Source: Octopus vulgaris (Eukaryota). From it: a stretch of DNA of 64,000 nucleotides. The stretch lies in the NCBI GenBank assembly GCA_951406725.2, contig OX597818.1, positions 144,336,001-144,400,000 on the forward strand, given 5' to 3'. The position numbers were made by a program, and so were the translations under genes. The notes under the pieces were generated by a model. It ran no database searches. It was given only the letters and a program-made list of their open reading frames with translations, and was not told where the DNA came from. Shown piece by piece: positions 11,976 to 26,429 of this stretch; position 1 is the first letter of the stretch, and the number at the start of each line of letters is the position of its first letter.

Positions 11976-13779
11976 AACCTGCTGGGAAGGAAATTCATGC
12001 ATTAATTACTACAAGTCAGCCAATGTTAGTAGATCAAATCATGTTTGCATAGGCATTTATGCTTTATTCAGAAATATACCTATGAAGAGGTTTTATGCCA
12101 GAATTGTGAGCAAAGTGATTTCAAATCTGGACAGAAGCATGCAATATTAGTACCAAGCAGCATCAATGAAAATTTCGTGTTTTGTCTATTTTCCAAATAG
12201 TTTTTTCCTAATCCTATCTTACTGTACTTGCCACAAAGTTTCTCAAAGTTGCTTTTTTGATATTCTCCTTACTGTTCTTAGTTCATAGTTGGTTCTTTTA
12301 TTCATTGTTCTAAATGTTCAGCCAGTAATTCTTCTTCCTTCTTATCTCCTTGCATTTGTACTTTCTCTCTTTGCAAATAAACAGATCACTGTTCCTTGTC
12401 ATCGCTCTCTCCTCATATCTATTCACTTTTTTTTTGATACTATGTGTCCTGCACATTTGTGCTACCCTGTTAGCTCTTCATACCTGTTGGGTGTGTCATA
12501 TCCTTTTCTTATTTCCTCTTTTTGTTTGTTATGATCTCGATTTTTTTTCTTCTTTTTTTTTTTTCTTTTATTGCTTTAAGTCTTCGGAGTTTTGATCATT
12601 CAGATGCAGCTTTTCTATTTTTCTAGTTGAAACACTTTGCAAGCTGTATGTGGAAGCTCTGAAACATAAAATAACTCACTCTGCCTTCAAACATGTTGGC
12701 TAATTTTCCATTTACAGACACCTTAGTTATATGACTGGGAATAACTTCACTACTATATATTTCTAGTTAAGTATTCATATATGTATACATGGTGCCCCAG
12801 CATGGCCAGAGCTCAAGAGCTGAAACTGGAAAACATAAACATAAAACATAATGCATACATAGCTCTGGAAATGGCAAGTAATGTGCAAACATTGCATTTT
12901 CCTTAGAAAAAACAGAAAAATTAGTGGAAATTCTGCTTCCAGTCCATTCAGAGATGATTGTCCCCTCAGCAGAGATGTATCTTTGTTCTTCTGCCATCCA
13001 GAGAATTTGTAAAATGTTGTGTCTATAGTCGTAGCTTGTCATGATGTAATATTAATAGGTTTCCTGATTTGTAAATGATACATTGTATTCTTGATCTATA
13101 TAAATATATACTATTTTGCTAGTATATATTGTGAGCTTGCCTTGTTCCCTGGAAGACTAAAGAGTCCTCACTACTCCACTTTGGTTCCATTCATCCAAGG
13201 CGTACATAACTGAGAGGGTAAGTAGAAGATAGAGTCATGATGGAGAGAGTAAAAGAAGAGAGAGAGTCATGATGGGAGGAGAGTAAGTAGAAGAGGGAGT
13301 AATGGGAAAGAGAGAGTTAGAGTTGTTTGTTGGTGATTGAATAGAGAACTGGGATGAGTGATTTGATAGGATTAGTAATAAAGATGGGGAATAAGGAGTG
13401 AGAGCAACCGATGGATAACAACAGAGATGGCTGATGGTGGATAAAAGCAGCAGATGCCAATGAGGATTCTCTTGGGAGGAAAAGAGCGACGGCTAACAAT
13501 ATAGATGGATAATGGTAGGAAGTACTGGATGTAGACTGAAACCATGGCATCCCTATTACACAAGAATTGTGATAGATGACAACGGATGATGGAGGAGGGA
13601 CTGAATATGGATATAGCATAGACACTCGTCTGTTACATGGCTTAGTGAATTGGTGAGAGGGTGGATGATAAATGAGAAGCCTTCAGAAAGAGCAATATAT
13701 GCAGATTTAACTGGAATATAATTGGTAAAGTAAATATCTTACATTCCAGTCTCCATCACCGTCATTTTAATGATAATAT

Positions 13780-13935
13780 TGCAGACCGGATCCAACGTAT
13801 AGGTGTGACCTCTGCAAACGAGACTGCTACTCTCGCATCAGTCTCTACAGCCACAGGAGGCGTTGCAAAAACTGAATAGACAACTCAGCGGACGGATGAC
13901 ATCATCCATGGCCAGCCATGACCAACGGAGGCCCT
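13780..13935 (+). mobile_element. 3'-terminal fragment of an RTE/BovB-type LINE
   Basis: Encodes TYRCDLCKRDCYSRISLYSHRRRCKN*, the CxxCxRxCxSRIGLxSHxR terminal zinc finger typical of this clade. Confidence 0.7.
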
Positions 13936-14889
13936 GGTATTGCCATATTTACACTTTGTCAATAAGCGTCATGCAGCAACTCATTATAGATCATTGTCAT
14001 ATCTTCTATGAGAAATAGCTTCTTCAGATCAATCTTCATCATGTTAGCCCACATTTTACTATGTCACTCTCTTCCACAATTTTCATCGACTGCAAGTGCT
14101 TGGCATTTGTTTATACAACTGATATTTAGTATATACATCAGCTGCAAGATTAGACTTTGAATAGAGAACCCATATGACTCCATGCTTCTGGCCAAGCAAC
14201 ACTTCAATGTCTGTAAGGCCCAACATCCAGACAAAGTGGCAGGGTTCACTGAGTCAGTGGAGCATGCTCTCCTTGTAGATCTCCTTGTAGATCCTTGTAG
14301 GTACTCAACTGAGATTGGACAGAGACACTGTCATAAAATCCACCATTCCTGTTGATGCTTTCAAATAACCTATCCACATATACTTACGGAAGGAAAGACT
14401 AACATATATTCCACCAATAACAGATAAAAAGATGAAACCAGTTGAACATTTGCTAAAAATCTGAGTATGCATGGTATAAAGTGTAATGGCTTAATTAATT
14501 CTTCATTGGATTAGGTCTAACCAAAGACACCAAAGTAGAATAAAATATGATGCAGAATCGTCTGTCAGTGATTGTTGAAGATTCCAAGTGCTCATTATAA
14601 TAATCATTATTGCTATTCTTTCATATCGGCAGCCAGTGTTTTGCCATTTTGCACCCTCCCATCCCACCCCCACCACCTATACTGGAAGTCTTTATCCTCT
14701 CACCTCTACCAGATGTCTTTTTCCTGAGCACCTCCAATGGCTTACTATACAGAACTCTCTCCCATCCTTACCTAGTGTTTATCTTCTATGGAATCTAGTG
14801 GTTGTGTAGCACATAGTGCATAAAATGATGGTATAGCGTATACAGGTTGAAGGCCATTGTATGCTTTACAAGATCTGCTAAATGTGAGC

Positions 14890-17800
14890 TTTTCAAATGC
14901 ATGATGCTGCTGTCCCCCATCCCAGGGTCTTGTGGGCCCACATCTTCAGAGTTGGCACATTGAAAGGTAGGTCTGATGAGATTGTTGAGATGCTTGAATG
15001 GAGATGTGTGCTACATCCAAGAAGTTGGAGAGGAAGTTCTGCTAGGTTCCTCGCAGACAAAGAACGTAGGTATAAGATTTTCTGAGTAGGGAACACTGAT
15101 AGGGTTGGGGGTGTGGGTATACTTCTTGTGGAGAAATGAGTTGATAAGGTAATCAAGGTAGTCAGAGTCTGTGATAGAATACTTAAGCTAAGATTAGTGC
15201 TGCAACATGGATTAACCACCATTATCTCGGCTTATGCACCTCAGCGAGGGCAACCTGATGAACAGAAAGACCAGTTTTATGATACCCTGTTGCAGACTAC
15301 CTCATCAACGAATGACAGGAGCCTTCTTTTTCTGACTGGTGACTTCAATGAGCATGTTGGACAACATCCAGGAAGCTTCCATGGTGTACACCAGTCTGGT
15401 GACCACACTAGTCAAATTGACTACATTCTCACCAGGAAATGGGAAAGATGGCTACTTATAAATGCCAAAACCTTTCCAGGTGAAGAATGCACTCCACAAC
15501 ATAGGTTAGTAGTTAGTGACTTTAGGATCAGGGCTAAATGGCTGCCCAGAAGACAACCAGCATGGAAAAGAAAGGTCTGGAAGTTTAAGGATCTTGTTAT
15601 TAGACAGAGATTTAGAGGTGTATTACTTGAAGAGGAGGATATGGCATCATACATGTGGAAGACAACCGGAGGTTCCTAGGGGACAACCTGTTGAGGATTA
15701 TTGACGAGATTTGTGGATGGTGCAAATCCCTCCACCTCAACCTAAGGTAACGTGGTAGTGAAACAATGTAGTTGACAGGGCCATTAGGGAAAAGAAACAG
15801 GTATGGAAGGACTGGAAGAGTGGTGGTAGCAGGAAACTGTATCAGATTGCCAGAAGGGAAGCTAGGAGACAGGTTTACTTAGCCAGAGGAGAAGCCCGAT
15901 AAGATAAAATTTGCCAATGTTCTGCATCATGAGGATCAAGGACTTGAAGTGTTTTGTGTTGCAAGACAGTATGTGAGAAAGAACCGTGATGTCATAGGAG
16001 AGAAATGTGTCTGTATGGATGATGACTCACTTGCATCTAATGAGAGACTTAAAGATGCCACTATGAAAGGTTGCTAAATGAAGAGAATGAATGTGAGAAA
16101 GAGAGTCTGCTGAATGTCGACCCAGCAGAGAGACCAGCTATCGGAATTGACAGTAGCTTAGTAGATAAAGCAATTAAAGGTATGAAGACAGAGAAAGCCC
16201 CCGGCCCATCAGGAACCCTGAAGAGATGCTTAAAATATCTGGCAGTGAAGACTATAGTCTAGTCACCCATATAGTCAACCAGGTGATACATGAAGGAGTC
16301 ATACCCAATGACTTGTGTAGCAGCATCATAGTCAATCACTACAAAGGTAGAGGTGATGCACTAGATAGGAATAATTACAAAGGTATCAAATTGTTGGATC
16401 AGGTAATGAAAGTCACAGAAAGACTCATACTAATTAAGGAGAGAGTTAGTTTAGATGCGATGAAGTTTGGATTTGTGCCGAAAAGAAGCACCACAGATGC
16501 TATATTTCTGGTAAAACAGCTGCAGGAGAAATTCCTAGCCAAAGATAAACCTCTGAATTTGGCGTTCATTGGCATGGAGAAAGTCTTCGACAGGGTCCCC
16601 TGATCCCTTATCTGGTGGTCAATGTGGAAACTAGGGAAAGATGAATGGTTAGTGAGAGCTGTAAAAGCTATGTACAGAGATGCAGTCAGTAAGGTTAGGG
16701 TTGGCAACAAGTAAAGTGAAGAATTCCAGGTAGGAGTAAGAGTCCACCAAGAATCAATCCTCAGTCCCCTCTTATTCATCATAGTCCTCCAAGTAATAGA
16801 AGAGGAATTCAAGACATGATGCCCCCAAGAGCTCTTCTATGCTGATGACTTTGCTCTGATAGCTGAGTCACTACCAGAACTAGAGGAAAAGTTTCAGGTG
16901 TGGAAGCAAGGTCTAGAATCGAAGGGCCTCAGAGTCAATCTAGCAAAAACCCAAGTCTTAGTAAGTAGGAAGGCAGACAAATCACAAAATGTGCAGAAAA
17001 CAGCTTCCATCACATGCCAGGGATAAAAACTAGAAGTAGTTGATAGTTTCTGTTACCTAGGTGACCAGGTCTGTAGCAGGGGTGGATGTTCTGAGAACAT
17101 AGCTGCTAGAATAAGAATAGCCTGGGCAAAGTTCAGAGAGGTCCTACCTCTGCTGGTAACAAAGGGCTTCTTGCTCAGAGTGAAAGGTAGACTGTATGAT
17201 GCATATGTGTGAACAGCCATGCTACATGGTAGTAAAATGTGGGCTGTGACTGCTGAGGACATGTGTAGGCTTGAAGGAAATGAAGCTAGTATGCTCCGCT
17301 GAATGTGTAAGGTCAGTGTGCATATATGACAGAGTGTAAGTGCCCCAAGAGAAAAGTTCGACCTAAGAAGCATCAGATGTGGTGTGCAAGAGAGACGACT
17401 GCACTCGTATAGTCAAGTGTTACATATGGATGAGGACAGCTGTGTGAAGAAGTGTCACACTCTAACAGTGGAGAGAACCAGTGGAAGAGGTAGACCCAGG
17501 AAGAACTGGGATGAGGTGGTGAAACATGACCTTTGAATGTTGGGCCTCACAGAGGCAATGACATGCGACCGAGAGCTTTGGTAATATACTGTGCTTGAGA
17601 AGACCCAGCAATCTAAGTGAAAATTGTAGCCATGGCCTATGCCAGTGTCACATAACCGGCCCCTTTATGAGTACCCTTCAATCGCGGGGCAATATGCTGT
17701 GCTTGAGAAGACCTGTTGAGTCAAGTGAAATCATTATCATTATCATGGCCAATACCTGTAGGACCTGACTGTCACCCATGCTGGTAGCATGTAAAAAAAC

Positions 17801-18030
17801 CACCATTTCAGCATGGTCAATGCCAGTACTGCTTGACTGGCACCTGTGCCAGTAGAACATAAAAGGCACCCTCTAAAGTCTCAGAGTGGTTGTCATTAGG
17901 AAAGGCATCCAGCTGTAGAGACCTTGCCAGATCAGATTGGAGCTTGGTGCAGCCTCCTGGCTTGCCAATCCTCAGTCAAACCGTCCAACCCATGCCACCA
18001 TGGACATTAAACAACAACGAGGAGGAGGAG
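14890..18030 (+). mobile_element. Decayed RTE-clade LINE (APE endonuclease plus RT), with internal deletions
   Basis: Frameshifted fragments IISAYAPQ, GDFNEHVG, SQIDYIL, QHRLVV (APE) and KAPGPSG, NYKGIKLL, FGFVPKRSTTDAIF, LSPLLFIIV, LFYADD (RT). The 3' UTR ends in the family tail. Confidence 0.92.
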
Positions 18031-18548
18031 TCACCTGCTGGTTTATTGATCAGTGGATTCTCCTTGTTGCTTCAATGATTTGAGAAATAGCACGAAGATT
18101 GTACAAAATTGCATAAAAAAGTGGAAAGAATTAATTCATGAAATGATTATAATTTCTAACAAAGGCACAAAGCCAGGAATTTGTTGCAAAGGGAATAGCT
18201 AATTATATCGACATCAGTTCTCAAGTGGCACTTTATGTTATTGACCCTTGAAAGTGAAAGGCAAAGCTGGTTTTTTAGGGATTTGAATTCAAAATGTAAA
18301 AAGCCAAAACAAATACCACAAGGTATTTTGCTTGATGCTTTAACAGTTCTACTAATTCACCGATAGCATCACAGTAATACTACACTGAAATAAATATTAG
18401 GGACAAAATTATCAACTTAAAATCCTTTACAGCAGTGTCCAACATACCTGCAGTCCAATGAGAGAAACTAGTGAAACAATCAAAGAATTAGTAAAACACA
18501 CACACACACATGCACAGGGTGACATAAACAAAAAATAAACAAGTGTCA

Positions 18549-18566
18549 ACACACACACACACACAT

Positions 18567-18659
<93 letters not shown>

Positions 18660-18793
18660 ATTGAAAAGTATACAGTCATACATTCAGACATAAATACTCA
18701 CACACCTGCACACACACACACATATATACACACACACATACACACACACACATACACACACACACACACATATATACACACACACACACACAC
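18549..18793. repeat. (CA)n microsatellite cluster
   Basis: Directly visible. Other (CA/TG)n tracts lie at 24279, 27466, 30881, 32270, 35119 and 40551. Confidence 0.95.
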
Positions 18794-20198
18794 TCCACTA
18801 TTATTTTGTTCAATATTGTGGTCGTTTTTTCATTAGATGTTTCTTCACGTGTTTTTATGTTATTAAATTTTATGAGATAGAATGATTAAAGAGAACAGAT
18901 GGGGGATTATGATATTGATTAGAATGAACCATCGTATTTGTTTGGGAAATGTTATTGAGCTCACAGCTGATTAAGTGAATGACTATGGACTACTTGTAAC
19001 AATTCAGTGGTTTTATATCCTGTCACTAGTATTTTTCTTTTATTTATCTCTTTACTGAGGAGCTGAGTGCATCAATGACCCTTTACAGGGCCTCTGAGAC
19101 CTGTGGGAGGGATGGAAAGAGAAAAGTATCCTCAGATTAGAGATCTGGCCCAAATGCTCACAGAGGTACACAAAGTGCCTTGTAGTGGTATTAAACCAGC
19201 AATGGATTGATTAAATCTACCGCCCAAGTAGGTCATACTGGAATTTGAACTCAGAACACGAAGAGTTAAAGCAAATACTGCAAGACATCTGTTCTAATGC
19301 TCTAATGTTTGTGCCAGTCCGCCACCTTAGACTGGTGCATTATTTATTGACTTTGGAAGAATGAAAGGCAAAGTTGACCCTGGTATGATTTGAACTCAGA
19401 ACACAACATGCCAAAACCAATACTGAAAGCATTTCATCAGATGTTATAATGACTTTGCACATTTACCAGATTTGCTGAATGTCTATGTTGATAAAAATGC
19501 TTAAATTCTAATGAACCAACCGCATATCTACATATTAGGAAGAACTGCAACATTTGAGTGTTTTGTAGCTTGTGGTTCTGAGTTCAAATTCTGTTAAGAA
19601 TGTGAGCCATAACGTAGATGACAGCTTGCTTCAATAAATGTAAACTAATATAGGATTCACTACCCAGTCACTTACTCTGTTAGAAATAACAGCTAGATAT
19701 CCCTCAAAACTTTATTATAATAAAAAGAAAAAGAAAAAGACATTTTAGTATATGCAAAAATGACATGGTCATGGTTGGAATGCCTTCAATCAGATACACT
19801 GGAGCTAAACAACAGCAGTAACTGCCATCACCACCACCACTGCTTCAAAATATAAACAAGTTTAATAAAACAACAAGTAAATTCCTGTAGTGCCACTTCA
19901 TATTAATGCAAGCCAGTCTACATGGCCATTTGATCTGATAAGAATAGCAGTGAAATTTCTCTCATGTCACATCCTATGTAAAAGGAGTCCAACACATTCT
20001 ACAACTATCACACGCAAACAAGTATGACTTGGTTACATGTAGCATACTTTTGTGTCTTGAGTGCCCATGTAGCCATTTGTAGAGCACACATAGACAGACT
20101 ATTGACCCTCTTACTCTTGACCAAACAGATTATCCATGATTATAACAGCAGTAGGTGGAGAAGGCTACACCAGCACTGGGTTGGTACTTTATTTATTG

Positions 20199-20417
20199 AG
20201 GCGGCGAGCTGGCAGAAACGTTAGCACGGCAGGTGAAATGCTTAGCAGTATTTCGTCAGCTGCTATGTTCTGAGTTCAAATTCCGCCAAGGTCGACTTTG
20301 CCTTTCATCCTTTTGGGGTTGATTAAATAAGTACCAGTTACACACTGGGGTCGATATAATCGACTTAATCCGTTTGTCCTCTCTGTGTTTAGACCCTTGT
20401 GGGTAGTAAAGAAATAG
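20199..20417 (+). mobile_element. SINE (family B)
   Basis: Collinear with 9083-9317; flanked by a GGTACTTTATTTATTGA direct repeat that looks like a TSD. Confidence 0.85.
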
Positions 20418-22994
20418 GTACTTTATTTATTGACCCTGAAAGGATGGAAAGCATAGAGGACATCAGCAGGGTTTGAACTCAGAGTGCAGAGAGTTGGAAC
20501 AAATATTACTATGCATTCTATCTGACACTCTAACAACTCTGCCAACCAGTTGTTTTTATTCTAGATATAGAATACCTGGAAAATAAAATAAAATGATCAT
20601 CAATGGTTTTCATCATAGAAATAGTTGAACAACAACTGATTTATTGAATTAGAATAACTTTTATTTTATTTTTTTTTATCAGTCTATGATGGCATTTTAT
20701 TTATTCTTATATTTTAAGGGTTTAATCTGGAGGGAGGAGCTGTGTTCAGGGTCTTCTCAAGTCTTTCAAGACTGGTGATGTTGATGTGGTTAATCTTCCT
20801 TTTAAATAACTAGTTATGAGCAGAGAGGGTATTCTGGGGGCTTGATGTTTGTAAAAGGAAGGGCTGGGTGCACCAGTTACTACAGGTGGTAGAGGGTAGC
20901 AGCAAGAAGAGGCAAAAATGGGCGAGAGCAGAATGAGATTAATGGTTTCTGAGGAGCAGATGACACAGTAAAAGCAATAACAAAGGCAGAGAAAAATGTC
21001 AGCTTATCTGTGAGGCAGACGTTAGAGAGTTTTGCTATACTAATCAATTAGATGGCTTTTTTAATGCAGTTCTAGAATGTCAGAATGTGTAATAAATGAA
21101 TGCAGCAGCCCAGATGAAGCTGCAATACTTCATTTATTAGAAATCACACAGCTTCGCACAATAAATGTAAAAGACCACTGAATTATCAGTCAAAACTAGG
21201 ATAAGAATAAAATGTAAGACATTATTACAAAAAAACCCCAAAAAAAACACATTAATGTAACTTAATGTTAACAGAAAACAGTTGAGAGAATTAATGAAAG
21301 GCATGTTTTGGTGAAGAGGAACAAAAGTGTATCAGTGCAAGAAAAATTAAAGGTTGCTGTGTGTGCCCAGGTCATCCCTAAGAGAGGAAACTGTATAAAA
21401 TGACTGAGACAGAGAGGGTTTAAGTTTACTGTACTTTTCACATGCCCAAGTGGTCCTTTATTTTGAGCCTTTTTTATTCAATGTCTAAGTGGTCTATGTT
21501 CAATCTCTGATGAAGCATAGTGTGTTGTTCTGTGTTTTAAATATGTATCAAAAACACTTTCAAAAGAAATTAGATGGAACCACTTCCACCAGGAGACAAA
21601 AATAAAGTTCACAATGTTCAGCATGATAATCAGTAATACAAGTTGTTTTTGCACCAGCAAGGAAGCTTTTTTATGGTTATTTGACCTACAAAAATGCCAT
21701 ATAAGTCAAGTTTCCATAAAATCACACCTTATGCCAAAGAAGAAGGTGAAAGAGGAGAAGGAAAAGGAGGAGGACGAGGGGGAGGAGGATTTAAATAGTC
21801 CCAGAAACACTACATCTAAAATTAAAAAAGCAGGGAGGGTCCCAACTGGAAGTCTTTAATCATAGATTTGCTCAATAAGTGCTGGTTTTGGCTAAACAAC
21901 AGTAATATATATGTTAGACTATCTACAGTCAACAAAATAATTGTAGGTGCTTCCAAGAACACAGCTTATAAGGTAACTGAAACAGCCAGCATGATAAAAA
22001 CAAAGGCCAATAGCAAACACAACACACCACATAACATTAAATTCAACATCAAGTAACCAAAAGGAAACTGGTTTCATGAAACTTTGTGTGGTTGAAAAAG
22101 GTTGAAACTAAGTTTTAATGTATACAGCTAATCATTTTGAATCTATCATGCATAATGAATCTATCATGGTTCATTGAGTGTACAGGACTTGAAAGATTCC
22201 TTGCATTCTCTCTCATCAGCTAGTATACTGGAAATAAAAGTTATCAGCTGAAATACTTGGATACTTGCTTAAAGAGTCCCCTAATCTATCAGCATATTTT
22301 GTGGATCTTGAAGGATCCATTTTATTTCTGTTGGTAACAAGAGAAACAATCTGAATTCATAACATACAGAGTTGAAATAGATGAAGTAACATTCTGTTAA
22401 TCCACCATCCTGAGTAGCACTTTATTTATTAACCCTTAAAGGATGAAAAGCAAGATTTGGACACAGAATGGAGAGAGTTTGAACAAATATCACAAGGCAT
22501 TCTATCCAATTCAAGTAATTTACTGCTTTATACCATGCTCATATTTATATCATATCTATACCATACTTATCAAGATATACAACAGCTCTGCTGTGCTGAG
22601 GAGCATACTGCATGCTTTGAGATGCAGTGGCTTATTGCATGGCATACAATGTCTAGAGACATTATACAAACACCACTGTGTAATTTATTTTTTCATACCT
22701 GCAGATCCACAGGAGGAGAACAAGGAAACTCAGTCAAGGTATGACATTCTCTCATTCTCTGTTTCTCTGGACTTTTCTTTGTTGTACATTTCAGGTTAAT
22801 AAGGCCATTAATATTGCTGATATTTTTGTGTGAATGTGTACTTTTTTTATGTTTGTCTGAACTGAATAGCATAGATAGTGCTTCTTTTTGTAATGATTTC
22901 ATAGTGGTATATTAGGGTGTTGTATATATGTGTGGAATGTTTGAATGCGATTTTTTTTAATGTAGTGGCAGAGACTGTGAAGGTTAGAACCACA

Positions 22995-23276
22995 GATTTT
23001 TGTGACTGGCCTCGACTGACTGGCCTTGTGCCGGTGGCACATAAAAAGCACCATCCGATCGTGGCCGTTTACCAGCCTCGTCTGGCACCTGTGCCGGTGG
23101 CACGTAAAAAGCACCCACTACACTCACGGAGTGGTTGGTGTTAGGAAGGGCATCCAGCTGTAGAAACACTGCCACATCAGACTGGGTCTGGTGCAGCCTT
23201 CTGGCTTTCCAAACCCCAGTTGAACCATCCAACCCATGCTAGCATGGAAAACGGACGCTAAATGATGATGATGATG
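22995..23276 (+). mobile_element. RTE 3' tail fragment
   Basis: gtgccggtggcacgtaaaaagcac repeats, ttaggaagggcatccagctgtag and the catgctagcatggaaaacggacg(atg)n tail shared with other copies. Similar tail fragments occur near 24432, 27320, 32030, 34880 and 45121. Confidence 0.8.
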
Positions 23277-23284
23277 TAGTTTAA

Positions 23285-23504
23285 CCCTTTCATTACTGTA
23301 TTTCTGTTGAGATGTTCTAAGTTTCTTTCAATTACTTTAAATATAACAAAAAATTTAGTAAAATAACTTCGTTATCGTTCAGTTAGTGTTAGGAATATAA
23401 ATTGTGACTAAGGTTTGGTGGAAGATTTTAATTCAAAACTTATGAAAACAAGAGATTTGTACTCAGAACCAGAGCTGGTTTCAGCCAGGTTGGTAACGAA
23501 AGGG
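23285..23504. mobile_element. piggyBac-type MITE; older relative at ~53797-53990
   Basis: TTAA|CCCTTTCATTAC...GTAACGAAAGGG|CTAA. Confidence 0.75.
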
Positions 23505-24276
23505 CTAATTTGGTGAAACAGTGGATCCAAGAAAGGATGGCATAATCCATCCTGGGTCTAATGTACTGTTTGTATACCATCATTGTTGTATCTTTCACTT
23601 GGCAAAATGTAGTATAAGTCTGTGCATCATTTCGTTTTGTTTACTATATCTTCCATGTTTATGGTGAGCATTGTGAAGATGTTGCCATGTAACACCTAAT
23701 GCTTTCGTTTTGCTGTGTGTGTGTGTGTGTGTTTTATGTTTATGTTTTGAATGTGATGTTTGGCAGTATTTGATGTTCTCTAGTATTACATTAGGAAATG
23801 GAATCATAAATTTGGCAACTGTGTTGTTTTAGAGTCAGATTTCTCAGTGATTGATAGACAGTTGGAGTAGTTGTGCTACTGTATCTGCAGAACATGAACA
23901 GCAGGGTGATATGAATGCACTGTCATCTGCATACAAGCTGTGTGAATGTTTAGAATACTTTTTTTTTTTGATGGTTGGATGAATTTTGAAAGAGATTTGA
24001 CAGATAATTTTAGAATGGTGTGTTACTATAAAGATGCTTCTTTATTGTAATTGTAATATTCTAAATAAGAACATTAGGTAGTGCAGCTTGTTAAAGCAAG
24101 AAGTTGCAGAATTGTAGAAGAGTGGCAAAAAAAGAGATTCATTTGCTAGTTGTGTTGAGTTCAATTCTTAGTAGAAGATTTTTGTTTTTTCAGCTGTCTG
24201 CTTAATGCTACAGAAACTAAATGTAAGAAACGAACCAATCCTATGACTTTGATTTTGAAACCAGAAGGCTAACATA

Positions 24277-24315
<39 letters not shown>

Positions 24316-24769
24316 TGTGAGTATTTGTGTGTATGTTGTGTATGTGTGTATGTATATATGTATGCAGAAATGTATGTATAAATGTATGTATGCACATACA
24401 TAAATATGTATGTACACATACATGCATGGTTATCATCATCATCATCATCTTCACCATCTAACATTCATTTTCCATGCTAGCATGGCCTGAATTCTTTTGA
24501 TAGGATCTGATGGGTCCAAGGACCATATTGTACTCCAGTGTATGCTTTGGCATGGTTTCTATGGCTTGATGCCCTTTCTAATGCAAGCCACTTTAGTGAG
24601 TGTACTGGGTGCTTTTTCATACCACCAGTACTATTGAGATCACCATGCAGCTCACAAAACTATGATCCCTGAAGGAGTGGGGTCAGCAGCTTTATACTAT
24701 TTGATGAAGAGTTAAAGTATGCAAGAAGGGTCAATACCAGAGCATGTTTTGTAGAAAAGCTGTATGGTT

Positions 24770-26110
24770 CACATGCACCCCACAACATAGACTGGTAGTT
24801 AGCGACTTCAGGATCAGGGATAAATAGATGCCCAGAAGACAACCAGCATGGAAGAGAAGGGTCAGGAAGCTTAAAGATCCTGTGAATGGACAGAGATTTA
24901 GAGACATATTACTCGAAGCCTTTGAAGAAATAGAAGGAGATATAGCTGCACATGATATGGAAGACAACTGGAGGTTTCTACGGGACAACCGGCTGAGGGC
25001 AACTGACCAGATCTGTGGATGGTGCAAAGTCCCCACTCGACCCAAAATAACGTGGTGGTGGAACAATGCTGTTGACAAGGCTATTAGAGAAAAGAAACAT
25101 TATAAGATGTACCCAGTGTAAGCTATGGTCACATAAGAGGTGAAGCAATATCAAAGGAAGGCTAACTGAGAAGATAGATTTTGTATGTGGCAGATGCTCA
25201 GGAGCAATAAACACTGAAAATGCGCAGAGAACAACTTCCGCCACATTCCAGGGAGAAAAACTAGAAGTAGTTGATAGCTTCTGTTACCTAGGTGACCAAG
25301 TCAGTAGCAGGGGGTTGATGCACTGAAAGTGTAGCTGCTAGAATAAGAATAGCCTGGGCAAAGTTCAGAGAGCTCTTACCTCTGCTAGTGACAAAGGGCC
25401 TTTCATTCAGAGTAAAATGTAGACTGTATGACGCATGTGTACGAACAGCCATGCTACATGGCAGTGAAACATGGGCTGTGACTGCTGAGGAAATGCTTAA
25501 GCTTGCAAGGAATGAAGTATGCTCCGATGGATGTGTAATGTCAGTGTGCATACTTCACAGAGTGTTAGTGCCTTGAGAGAAAGGTTGGACCTAAAAAGCA
25601 TCAGATGTGGTGTGCGAGAGAGATGACTGCGCTGGTATGATCATGTGGTGAGAATGGATGAGGATAGCTATATGAAAAAGTGCCACACCCTAGTGGTTGA
25701 GGGAACCTGTGGAAGAGGTAGACCCAGAAAGACTTGGGATGAGGTAGTGAAGCACAAACTTTGAACATTATGCCTCACCAAGGCAATGACTAGTGACCAA
25801 GACCTTTGGAAATATGCTGTGCTTGAGAAGACCCGGCAAGCCAAGTGAGACCATAACCCGTGCTCTATGCCAGGGGTGTAACCAGTCCACTTATGCGTAC
25901 CTTTCCTTCATTGGACACTAAACTCTGCTTGCGAAGACCTGTTGAGGCAAGTGAAATCGAAATCAAATTCAATGACTGGTATCCGTGCTAGTGGAGCACT
26001 AAGAGCACCATCCGAGTGTGATCACTGCCAGAGTGGCTAACTGGCGTCCGTAAGAACCATTCAAGCATGATTGTTACCAGCGTTGCCTTACTGGTACTTG
26101 TGTGCAGGTG
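24770..26110 (+). mobile_element. Second copy of the same RTE family with a large internal deletion at ~25099
   Basis: 24770-25098 parallels 15487-15798, then jumps to the post-RT region (IRCTQCKLWSHKR...CGRC, LYDACVRTAMLHGSETW) and the 3' UTR. Confidence 0.88.
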
Positions 26111-26429
26111 ACATGTAAAAAAAGACACCAAAAAAAAATGGCTTGTAGTCATGCATAATCAGTAGGCAGTGAGCAAGGGGGACAAGAGAGAGGAGAAGAG
26201 AAAGAAACGAAGGGAGTGAGGAGAAGGGAAAAAGAAAAAAAGATAGACAGGGGACAGCAAAGAAGGAAGGGGTAAAAGATATATAGAGGATTATAGAGGG
26301 ATAGAGAGAAAGAAAGAAAATAGGCAGAGAACAGAGTGTGGAGTCAGAGAAATTATTTATGAATGTAAAAACTTACTGTTGACAAAGGCTGCTTGGCTTT
26401 CATTTATAAATAATTAAAAATATTCATTA

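Noticed and set aside
22705-22738. Possible 34-nt plus-strand exon (cag|ATCCACAGGAGGAG...AAG|gtatga)
   Set aside because: Splice signals are plausible, but there are no partner exons or recognisable protein, and chance matches are expected in 64 kb.
25141-25143. In-frame TGA at an expected Cys position in the RTE zinc finger (possible selenocysteine)
   Set aside because: The copy has many other stops and frameshifts and no SECIS was recognised, so ordinary TGC-to-TGA decay is the simpler explanation.
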